Part shown: in pieces, positions 1 to 8,757 of the stretch
Position numbering within the stretch: position 1 is the stretch's first letter
Layout of the letters: every line of letters begins with the position of its first letter
Source of the DNA: Cylindrospermopsis raciborskii Cr2010
GTDB lineage: Bacteria > Cyanobacteriota > Cyanobacteriia > Cyanobacteriales > Nostocaceae
Assembly (NCBI RefSeq): GCF_003367075.2
Contig: NZ_CP065936.1
Location: 1,920,001 to 1,952,000, forward strand
DNA: 32,000 bases
Direction of reading: 5' to 3'
Notes under the pieces: model-generated
What the model saw: only the letters and a program-made list of their open reading frames with translations
What the model was told of the DNA's origin: nothing
The model's database searches: none
Made by a program: the position numbers and the translations under genes

Positions 1-2
1 TC

Positions 3-203
<201 letters not shown>

Positions 204-450
204 TTACAGCCTCAACAAATGTAAACAAAGACACTTTAGGTGATTACAATCTTTCCCCGCATCTATCTTAAGGTAGATATTTAAAACTTGGAAAGAAATG
301 CGATCGCATTTCTTAATACCTATAGATCCCAGCCTTGAAATGGGTTATGATGTCCACATACCAAGTCTAATCAACAATGATAACCTAGCCTTATTGTTAT
401 AGAAAAGGCTTTTACAAACCTTAAAACAAACTCGGAGGGGCAAATTTTCC

Positions 451-1149
451 ATGAAAGGGAAACAAGTTTTACTAACAGGTGGAACAGGTGGACTGGGCTT
501 AGGGGTCACACCCACGATTTTGGCTCAAGGTGCATATCTCACCATTCCGTACCGCAATCTTACTTATGTCGAAAGATTAAAAACAATCTTACCCCCTGCG
601 GATATGGCCAGGATTCAATTTATTCCCGTAAATCTTGAAAGCGATTCTTCCGTGGAAGAACTGGTTAATAGCATGACCAAAGTCGACGTCTTAATTCATT
701 TAGTCGGTGGTTTTTACTATGGCAAAACCCATGAATGCAGTTTTGACGATTGGAAACATCAATTTGAATTAAATGTTTACACAACTTTCTTAACCTGCAA
801 ATATAGTTTAAAAAGAATGCTAGAGAATGGTTATGGGCGCATTGTTACTGTTAGTTCTCGTGCTGGTTTAGAGCCTGCTGCCAATCTAGCAGCTTATTCT
901 GCATCTAAAGCCGCTGTGATAGCTCTAACTAAGGCTATAGCTGATGAAACTAGGGGCACTAATATCACCGCAAATACGGTTTTACCCAGTGTTATTGATA
1001 CACCCACTAATAGGGAGGCAATGGGTGTGGAAAAAGCTGGCGAATGGGTCAAACCCGAATCCATTGGCCAGGTAATTTGTTTTTTGGCTTCGGAAGCTGC
1101 TGGGGATATCCGGGGTGCTACTATTCCCGTTTATGGCAATATTTAAGGG
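451..1149 (+). CDS. SDR-family NAD(P)-dependent oxidoreductase
   Basis: ORF MKGKQVLLTGGTGGLGLGV...YSASKAAVIALTKAIADE with Rossmann glycine motif and YxxxK active site; plausible full length. Confidence 0.9.
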
Positions 1150-1352
1150 GAGCGATCGCATGGTTTGGGGATATTTTTTAAAAACCCCCCAATCCTCTCG
1201 AAGCAATGTTGAGTGGAGTATCTAATCCAGGCGATCGCATTTCTTAACACATATTTAGATGCCCGACCTAATCATTGTTATTCTTTACTACTTGAAGTAA
1301 AATTAGTATCCATATTTAGTTGATTCATCGCGCAAATATACAACGCTAAGTT

Positions 1353-1571
1353 ATGTTGAAGCAAGAAGCACAATGGCTAGGAAAAATGATTTATTCTCTT
1401 GATCAAGATAGTATTTTTCCATTATTAAATCTTGGAAGTTCCAGTCAAAACTTCCGAGAAAAACAACAACCTTGGATATATCAATTCTTGTTTAAACCTG
1501 CTCAGCAATCCGCTGTAGTTTTAATTCCCCACGCCCTGGGTATCCTAGAAAATGTGGAAATTGGGCTTTAA
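1353..1571 (+). CDS. Hypothetical 72-aa ORF, duplicated at 5633-5851; coding status uncertain
   Basis: ORF MLKQEAQWLGKMIYSLDQ...; identical translation in both duplicate copies, but this follows from the recent duplication. Confidence 0.25.
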   Translation: MLKQEAQWLGKMIYSLDQDSIFPLLNLGSSSQNFREKQQPWIYQFLFKPAQQSAVVLIPHALGILENVEIGL

Positions 1572-1616
1572 TTCCTCTAGAAATAGCGATCGCACAGCCA
1601 AAAACATTTTGTTGAA

Positions 1617-2249
1617 CTATCCTTTCTCCGGATTGGTTAGTTTAATAACAAAATTTCTCAATACTTTCAACATAGCCAAATTAACTTCATGTCCCGCATC
1701 AAAGTGATGGTACTCAACAGGAACTCCCAAGGATTGTGCAACCTGTTGGCTTTTAATTGCAGCTGAGAGGGGAACAATCTGGTCTTGGGTTCCGTGCATA
1801 ATCAGAGTTGGGGGGAACTGGCGTTTTTCCATAGTGGAGACTTGAGGATGTAAATAGCCACTCATGACTGCTAAACCGGCTAAGGGTAAGTTGAGACCCA
1901 CATCTAAGGTCATGGCGCCACCCTGGGAAAATCCGGTCAAAATAGTTTTAGACAGGGGAATTCCTGTGGTGGTTGGTAGGGATTGCAACCAGTCTATTAA
2001 CAATTGACGGCTTACTACTAGTCCTTAATACATTTTGTCGTCTCGTAGATCATACCATGCTCTACCATTATCGCTATAGGGATAGGGATAGGGGGCATTA
2101 GGAAGCAAAAATTCATACTCAGGTAGGTTGACATGGGGTAATAAGGATGCTACGTCCTCAGCATTGGCACCCCAACCGTGTAAGGTGACAATTAGTCCCA
2201 GTGGAGTTTTTGTGGTTTGGGCGGAAATTTTAATAACATCTAAGGTCAT
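1617..2249 (-). pseudogene. Alpha/beta-hydrolase (phospholipase/carboxylesterase type), copy A, interrupted by an in-frame TAA
   Basis: ORFs 2025-2249 and 1617-2003 are in the same frame; TTC (6302-6304, sense GAA) in copy B is TTA (2025-2027, sense TAA) here. Motifs LHGWG, GFSQGGAM, GTQDQIVP, DAGHE. Confidence 0.9.
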
Positions 2250-2395
2250 ATAGACAATCAGAAAAATTAACTGTTATTAATTTTACTTAGTTTTGTCTCC
2301 CATAGCAACACTTTTTTCTTGAGGGAGAATTTGAGCGGGAACTTCATTTTCTGGAATGGGAAATCCGCCATATGTGGGATAACCGTGCACATCAA

Positions 2396-2627
2396 AGTAG
2401 GCTCTTTGAGGATAATCTGAATATAAACACTGAGAGAATAGTTCAGATGTTAACATTATTCATTGATTGGGATTATTGCATGCTTGGTCTTAAAAATTTA
2501 TCTAAAGGAAATTATAAGTCGCCTCGATCCCGAAGAATATTATATCGCTTTTATTGTCAAACCAGATAGTTTTTCTACTTAAGGGATAAGTTACTACATG
2601 ATTTAATGTTTCCCAATATAGTGGTAA
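2396..2627. repeat. Collapsed relic of the 8401-11461 locus
   Basis: 2396-2508 matches 8401-8513, 2505-2581 matches about 11167-11243, and about 2583-2627 matches about 11409-11461; the intervening cassette is missing. Confidence 0.9.
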
Positions 2628-2633
2628 TGCTTT

Positions 2634-2671
2634 ACCGCCGATCTCCCGTAGGGAGCGCCTTGCAATCTCCC
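2634..2671. repeat. 38-bp repeat with CTCCCGTAGGGAG palindrome
   Basis: accgccgatctcccgtagggagCgccttgcaatctccc; recurs with one mismatch at 5339-5376. Confidence 0.8.
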
Positions 2672-2774
2672 ACCAGAAACCATCCTCTATAGTATTGTTA
2701 ACTTTTGTAAGTTGTAACAAAAAAAACGATAAAAATGCTACAATGATGCGTGAACACTTGCAAAAGCAAAAACT

Positions 2775-3890
2775 ATGGTTAAGACAGTAATATGTTCCGT
2801 AGGAACCAGTGCGGCAAAAGCGATCGGAAAACCGGGAGATCTCCTGAATTGGGTTAATCAACAAGAAAGCCGAGAAATCGCCGCCGAAAATATATTTCTC
2901 ACCTTTAGAGATAAGGAACCAATAGAAGCAAATCTTAGGGATTTATCAGCAGAAATTCACTCCCTAGTTAGAATTGGCATCGATAATGGATATAGAATTA
3001 TTCTCCTGGCTTCCCAGACCGAAGATGGTTACTGCTGCGCCAGCGCTATCGAGAAATATCTTAAATATTATTGGACTAGTATTGTTACTAAAGTTCACCA
3101 GGTGACGGGATTACAAGTTAATAATGCTGACCTTTTTCGCAGTCAGGGGGTAGTGGAATTTGTTCGCCATATTATTCGAGAAATTTATCAATATGGTTCG
3201 GAAAATATTATCCTTAATCCTACTGGTGGTTATAAAGCTTTAGTTCCTTATACCGTGCTACTGGGGATGTTAAAAGGGGTAAAGTGCGATTATATTTTTG
3301 AGCAGTCCACTACTCTCCTAGAATTGCCACCTTTACCCGTAGAATTCAAGCGATCGCAATTTGAAATCTACAAAGAATTATTTGAGGAAATCGAACGAGA
3401 AAGCAGCATTTCCCTCCAAAAATGGGAGGAAAAAATTTCCAGGCAAGAAAGAAAATTCTTAGAACCTTTGACGGAATTAGTCAACAACGAAATAACCCTT
3501 TCTGCGGTGGGTTTTTTATTTCTTGATGAGATTCGTTCTCCAGGGGTTTTAGTACCTTTTTTATCCAGAAAAGCGATCAATGATTGTTTCGATGATTTAT
3601 CCCAATTAGATAACTGTGATCCCTTCCGTTATTTAGAAAGGGTTGCTACTCATTATGATGAAACTATTCAACAAGCAGAACATATCAATGTTGGCGATGG
3701 TTTACGCTGGCTAAAACCAGGGCGAACAACTGATCGCTATCTAGTTTCTAAAGATCGTTGGCGATTATTAGTCTGGCGGGCAATTCGTGAGGATAAAGTG
3801 GGTTCAAATTACGCTCATAAAGTAGAAGTTAACTCTAAAAATAAACGCGCCCATTATCCCTTTCTCAGGATGGAATTTGTGAGAGAATAA
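2775..3890 (+). CDS. CARF-domain protein, APE2256/TIGR02619-like CRISPR ancillary family, with C-terminal domain of unclear type
   Basis: N-terminus ICSVGTSAAKA and signature ENIILNPTGGYKALVPYTVLLG; 371 aa, intact. Confidence 0.8.
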   Translation: MVKTVICSVGTSAAKAIGKPGDLLNWVNQQESREIAAENIFLTFRDKEPIEANLRDLSAEIHSLVRIGIDNGYRIILLASQTEDGYCCASAIEKYLKYYWTSIVTKVHQVTGLQVNNADLFRSQGVVEFVRHIIREIYQYGSENIILNPTGGYKALVPYTVLLGMLKGVKCDYIFEQSTTLLELPPLPVEFKRSQFEIYKELFEEIERESSISLQKWEEKISRQERKFLEPLTELVNNEITLSAVGFLFLDEIRSPGVLVPFLSRKAINDCFDDLSQLDNCDPFRYLERVATHYDETIQQAEHINVGDGLRWLKPGRTTDRYLVSKDRWRLLVWRAIREDKVGSNYAHKVEVNSKNKRAHYPFLRMEFVRE

Positions 3891-4171
3891 GCAACTTAAC
3901 ACAATTAATTAGAAACAGAAATGTTGAATGTCGTTGCAAAACTTTATATAGTTAGATATAGTACCTCTATCAAAGGTGAAAATGTCAACATCTCATAATA
4001 TCTTCCATCCAATGAACATAACTGATTTATTGACACATACAAGCTGGAAGATAACGGAACTTATCTAACATTTTTTCATCCCATTCATATTAGAAAAGGA
4101 TAGGTATGTTGCTGAGATTATGGCAGAAATTCAAGATATATTAAATCTAAGTCAGTTTTGAATGGTGATAA

Positions 4172-5002
4172 ATGAGTGAATTAACTGAAAAAATATCTTC
4201 GGTGCGTCATTATTTTGTGGATGAAGCAGGAGATCCTGTAATTTTTAATGGTAAAGGTAAGATTTTAATTGGATCAGATGGATGTTCTCATTTTTTTATA
4301 CTTGGTCTATTAGACGTTGCTAATACTGAATCTTTATCTCAAGATTTGGAAAATTTAAGAGCTAATTTATTAGCTGATCCATATTTTAAGAAAGTTCCTT
4401 CAATGCAACCTGAAAATAAAAAAACTGCTTTATATTTTCATGCTAAAGACGATATTCCTGAAGTGAGAAGAGAAGTTTTTAATTTGTTGCAGCGACATGA
4501 ACTCAAATTTTTTGCTGTGGTGAGAAGTAAAGATAAGTTACTTGAGTATGTTAGACAACGTAATCAAAATGACCCTGGTTATCGTTATCAACAAAATGAA
4601 TTATACGATTATTTGACGCGGCGTTTATTTAAGAATCGTTTACACAAGGATGATGAATATAATATTTGCTTTGCTAGACGAGGTACTTCTGATAGAACCG
4701 AAGCCTTCAAAGTTGCTTTAGAATCAGCTAGAGCAAAATTCGCTGAACAATGGGGTATTACCAGTACAGCAACTATTAATATAACTGCTAATATACCTCC
4801 CAATTCTCCAAGTTTACAAGCGGTAGATTACTTTCTGTGGGCTTTACAACGCCTATATGAGAGAGGTGAGGGTAGATATGTTGAGTTTCTTTGGTCAAAA
4901 TTTGCACTCGTGCATGATATTGATGACACAAAATTTGCTAGGTACGGCGTGTACTATACTCGTAAAAACCCTCTAACAGCCACAAAAATACCAGGGATAT
5001 AG
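4172..5002 (+). CDS. DUF3800-like protein
   Basis: HYFVDEAGDP near the N-terminus, conserved FHAKDD segment and C-terminal SLQAVDYFLWALQRLYE, typical of DUF3800. Confidence 0.75.
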   Translation: MSELTEKISSVRHYFVDEAGDPVIFNGKGKILIGSDGCSHFFILGLLDVANTESLSQDLENLRANLLADPYFKKVPSMQPENKKTALYFHAKDDIPEVRREVFNLLQRHELKFFAVVRSKDKLLEYVRQRNQNDPGYRYQQNELYDYLTRRLFKNRLHKDDEYNICFARRGTSDRTEAFKVALESARAKFAEQWGITSTATINITANIPPNSPSLQAVDYFLWALQRLYERGEGRYVEFLWSKFALVHDIDDTKFARYGVYYTRKNPLTATKIPGI

Positions 5003-5204
5003 GATTGTTAAGGCTTTGCTTGACAATCACACGGCATGAAGCCGAATTTTGTCCCTGGTTCATTATAGTATATCATTTTTAGACCAATTGGTAAAGGAAC
5101 TGGGGGATAATCTCCAAATGCGATCTCCCTAGTGCGAGTGCTTCGCAATCGCTCTTTTAATTTAAGACAATTTCACATTGTAACATAACTAGTAAAACAC
5201 ATGT

Positions 5205-5337
5205 TGTGTGTTCAATTCCATCCACCCACGGCAAAACCAGTCAGTTGAAAACTGACTTGAGCTTTGAGACAGGGAATAAATTCCCTGTCTCCCCCACAGA
5301 CAGTCTCCAGGCGTGGGTTGACTCAAACTGCACACAA
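5205..5337. other. Multi-hairpin structured element (possible ncRNA or MITE-like element)
   Basis: Outer TTGTGTG...CACACAA; CCCACG...CGTGGG; AGTCAGTT-GAA-AACTGACT (5239-5257); GAGACAGGGAA-TAAA-TTCCCTGTCTC (5266-5291). Confidence 0.5.
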
Positions 5338-5338
5338 A

Positions 5339-5376
5339 ACCGCCGATCTCCCGTAGGGAGTGCCTTGCAATCTCCC
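5339..5376. repeat. Second copy of the 38-bp CTCCCGTAGGGAG repeat
   Basis: accgccgatctcccgtagggagTgccttgcaatctccc; ends 4 bp before duplication copy B starts. Confidence 0.8.
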
Positions 5377-5380
5377 GTGG

Positions 5381-6595
5381 TGGGGATATCCGGGGTGCTA
5401 CTATTCCCGTTTATGGCAATATTTAAGGGGAGCGATCGCATGGTTTGGGGATATTTTTTAAAAACCCCCCAATCCTCTCGAAGCAATGTTGAGTGGAGTA
5501 TCTAATCCAAGCGATCGCATTTCTTAACACATATTTAGATGCCCGACCTAATGATTGTTATTCTTTACTACTTGAAGTAAAATTAGTATCCACATTTAGT
5601 TGATTCATCGCGCAAATATACAACGCTAAGTTATGTTGAAGCAAGAAGCACAATGGCTAGGAAAAATGATTTATTCTCTTGATCAAGATAGTATTTTTCC
5701 ATTATTAAATCTTGGAAGTTCCAGTCAAAACTTCCGAGAAAAACAACAACCTTGGATATATCAATTCTTGTTTAAACCTGCTCAGCAATCCGCTGTAGTT
5801 TTAATTCCCCACGCCCTGGGTATCCTAGAAAATGTGGAAATTGGGCTTTAATTCCTCTAGAAATAGCGATCGCACAGCCAAAAACATTTTGTTGAACTAT
5901 CCTTTCTCCGGATTGGTTAGTTTAATAACAAAATTTCAATACTTTCAACATAGCCAAATTAACTTCATGTCCCGCATCAAAGTGATGGTACTCAACAGGA
6001 ACTCCCAAGGATTGTGCAACCTGTTGGCTTTTAATTGCAGCTGAGAGGGGAACAATCTGGTCTTGGGTTCCGTGCATAATCAGAGTTGGGGGAACTGGCG
6101 TTTTTCCATAGTGGAGACTTGAGGATGTAAATAGCCACTCATGACTGCTAAACCGGCTAAGGGTAAGTTGAGACCCACATCTAAGGTCATGGCGCCACCC
6201 TGGGAAAATCCGGTCAAAATAGTTTTAGACAGGGGAATTCCTGTGGTGGTTGGTAGGGATTGCAACCAGTCTATTAACAATTGACGGCTTACTACTAGTC
6301 CTTCATACATTTTGTCGTCTCGTAGATCATACCATGCTCTACCATTATCGCTATAGGGATAGGGATAGGGGGCATTAGGAAGCAAAAATTCATACTCAGG
6401 TAGGTTGACATGGGGTAATAAGGATGCTACGTCCTCAGCATTGGCACCCCAACCGTGTAAGGTGACAATTAGTCCCAGTGGAGTTTTTGTGGTTTGGGCG
6501 GAAATTTTAATAACATCTAAGGTCATATAGACAATCAGAAAAATTAACTGTTATTAATTTTACGTAGTTTTGTCTCCCATAGCAAGACTTTTTTT
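5381..6595. repeat. Segmental direct duplication, copy B (partner 1101-2317)
   Basis: Same order and orientation as copy A, including the last codons and stop of the SDR gene. Confidence 0.97.
5897..6526 (-). pseudogene. Alpha/beta-hydrolase (phospholipase/carboxylesterase type), copy B, frameshifted
   Basis: Reads through the copy A nonsense site, then loses one G in the homopolymer after 'cagagtt' (about 6087-6092), giving QFPQL-stop; also a 2-nt deletion near 5936 (aaatttcaat versus aaatttctcaat). Confidence 0.9.
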
Positions 6596-6631
6596 TGTCT
6601 GTTCTGCTATAATTTTAGGATAGTTCTATGG

Positions 6632-6847
6632 ATGTCTAAAACTATGAAGTGGCGAGTCATACTTGAACCCGATCCAGAGACCAGGGAATGGGGAATTTGG
6701 TGTCCAGAGTTGCCTGGATGCACATCTGCTGGTATCACACAAGAGGAGGCTCTTAACAATATACGGGAAGCCATTGAGCTTTATTTGCAGCCTGATAACA
6801 TTGAACTTTTACCTGGAGCATTAATCTGCGAGGTTATAGTCGGATGA
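6632..6847 (+). CDS. hicB: HicB-family antitoxin-like protein
   Basis: WRVILEPDPETREWGIWCPELPGCTSAGITQEEALNNIREAIELYLQP is the HicB N-domain signature. Confidence 0.85.
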   Translation: MSKTMKWRVILEPDPETREWGIWCPELPGCTSAGITQEEALNNIREAIELYLQPDNIELLPGALICEVIVG

Positions 6848-6924
6848 CTCGGCTCAAGAGAATGAATGCTGACGAGGTTGAGCGCATATTACGCAAGTAT
6901 GGCTTTGAACTGATTGATATTTAA
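6844..6924 (+). pseudogene. hicA: Truncated HicA toxin (26 aa), overlapping hicB by ATGA
   Basis: MTRLKRMNADEVERILRKYGFELIDI* matches the HicA N-terminus and stops where IS200/IS605-like sequence begins. Confidence 0.7.
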
Positions 6925-7160
6925 CCGTGATGCGGATAATATACCTTTTAATAACATCTGCTGAAACCTGTCCAGCAGTGGAATAAAAATAACTATTAGT
7001 CCATAGGCTAGGAAGTTTAAGTAATTCAGGAAATTTTCGTCTTAACAAGCAAGATGACCGTCCTTTAAAAGCTTTAACCACTTGATTTATAGCAACATCT
7101 GGTTGATGTTCTACAAATAAATGAACATGGTCTGGAGCACAAGTGTTGAATCCTGCAATA
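6925..7160 (-). pseudogene. tnpA: Partial IS200/IS605 Y1-type transposase TnpA
   Basis: Minus strand APDHVHLFVEHQPDVAINQVVKAFKGRSSCLLRRKFPELLKLPSLWTNSYFYSTAGQVSADVIKRYI; start of gene not resolved. Confidence 0.8.
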
Positions 7161-7289
7161 AAAATTTACAATCTTTGCGTTTTACCCAGGTAAAATCCAT
7201 TGTCTATTGAGAATAGAGTCATTAATTGATCAAATTTGGTATCACCAATACCAATGCACAACTTGGACACAATCCTCAAAATCTTAACA

Positions 7290-8140
7290 TTCAACACTTC
7301 TGAGTGTAGCTGAATCCTTTAAATCGTACATTGAGCTAGTAAAAGCTGCAAAAAAGGGCGAAGTTTCCCAAAAACCAAAATTACCTAATTACTGTAGATG
7401 AAATAAAATCTGATGTTGATAGAAATAATGTTTTAGGGATTGACCACGGGTTAAATAACTGGTTAACTTGTGTTTCTAATCTGGGAACATCATTTATTGT
7501 TGATGGACTTCATTTAAAAAGTTTAAATCAGTGGTACAACAAATCAGTAGCTAAACTTAAAAGTGATAAACCGCAAGGTTTTTGGTCTAATAGATTAGCT
7601 GCTATTACTGAAAAAAGAAACCGACAAATGCGTGATGCAGTTAACAAAGCTGCAAGAATAGTCGTTAACCACTGTATTGAAAATAAGATTGGTGCTATTG
7701 TTTTTGGATGGAATAAAGGACAAAAAGATAGTATTGATTTGGGGTCTAAAAACAATCAGAAGTTTGTCCAAATTCCCACAGCAAGATTAAAAGACCGTAT
7801 TGCTCAATTATGTAAACAATACGGAATAGATTTTATTGAAACAGAAGAATCATACACTTCTCAATCATCGTTTTTTGATTGCGACAATATACCTAAATTC
7901 GGTGAAAAACCCGAAGGGTGGGAAGCAAGCGGGAAACGAGTTAGTCGTGGAGTATATGAAACTTCTGATGGGTTCAAAATTAATGCGGACTGTAATGGTG
8001 CTGCTAATATTTTGAAAAAAGTAGCGGTGATGCTAGGAATTGATCTTAGCGGAATCAGTAGAGGCTGTTTAAGCCAGCCTCAGAAAGTTCGTTTATGGAC
8101 TCTTCAGAAATCTCCGTGTCTTCAGACCGGAGAAGCTTAA
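7290..8140 (+). pseudogene. tnpB: Degenerate IS605-family TnpB (RNA-guided nuclease ancestor)
   Basis: SVAESFKSYIELVKAAKKGEVSQKPKLPNY breaks frame or has a deletion, then VLGIDHGLNNWLTCVSNLGTSFIVDG...ADCNGAANILKK; the usual zinc-ribbon cysteines are not evident. Confidence 0.8.
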
Positions 8141-8217
8141 TCCAACCTCTTAATTTGCAAAAACTCTCTTTTAGGTTTTAGCAATGTGAGCGATCGCCTC
8201 CGGTAGGAGGAGAAGGG

Positions 8218-8315
8218 GGAATTCCTGTGGTGGTTGGTAGGGATTGTAACCAGTCTATTAATAATTGACGGCTTGCTACTAGTCCTTCATACATTTTGTC
8301 ATCTCGTAGATCATA
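8218..8315 (-). pseudogene. Third, about 98-bp fragment of the esterase gene
   Basis: gggaattcctgtggtggttggtagggattg...ctagtccttcatacattttgtcatctcgtagatcat matches 1955-2052. Confidence 0.9.
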
Positions 8316-8385
8316 TGTTTCCTAAAGTGTTCATAATGCTATTGTAACAGAGATAGTACCCATTATGTATTCATTTTACTATATT

Positions 8386-8535
8386 ATGGAAATATTACTA
8401 AGTAGGCTATTTGAGAATAATTTGAATATAAACACTGAGAGAATAGTTCAAATGTTGACATTATTCATTGATGAGGATTATTGTATGCTTGAGCTTAAAA
8501 ATCTATCTAAAGGTAGATGCAATCGGATATTCTAA
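8386..8535 (+). CDS. Small 49-aa ORF of unknown function, possibly a gene remnant
   Basis: MEILLSRLFENNLNINTERIVQMLTLFIDEDYCMLELKNLSKGRCNRIF*; 8401-8513 is duplicated at 2396-2508, with several of the differences synonymous. Confidence 0.35.
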   Translation: MEILLSRLFENNLNINTERIVQMLTLFIDEDYCMLELKNLSKGRCNRIF

Positions 8536-8757
8536 TTAATTACTGTTTCATTGTTTACTATAACTGGAAGTTGCACTCCATTTCAAAATATGAAAATTTA
8601 TTCATTCTTGTGGTTTCCTCTTGTACTATCTAGTTTAAAGGAATGAAATCCCTGTGTAAAAACCAGAGATTTTTATGTCATGAAACCTCAAATTTAGAAT
8701 TGCTGTAAAATTGGAGACTAGCCCGATGAAAATCTATCAATCTGTTCAATCTTGGTT

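Larger units (their letters stand above)
1101..2317. repeat. Segmental direct duplication, copy A (partner 5381-6595)
   Basis: Nearly identical to 5381-6595 from 'tggggatatccggggtgct' to 'ttgtctcccatagcaa'; only about ten differences seen by eye. Confidence 0.97.

Noticed and set aside
982-1206. Minus-strand ORF (74 aa), similar to minus ORF 5241-5486
   Set aside because: It is antisense to the 3' end of the SDR gene; the similarity is explained by the 1101/5381 DNA duplication, not coding conservation.
2372-2569. 65-aa ORF with Leu-rich segment
   Set aside because: It is a chimera across the AAGG deletion junction of the collapsed relic, not a real gene, though its middle part mirrors the 8386-8535 ORF.
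5206-5505. 99-aa plus-strand ORF
   Set aside because: It spans the hairpin element, the 38-bp repeat and the duplication junction; composition follows those noncoding features.
2775-6000. CRISPR array near the CARF gene
   Set aside because: I scanned for regularly spaced 25-40 bp repeats and saw none; the hairpins at 5239-5291 are distinct sequences, not a repeat-spacer series.
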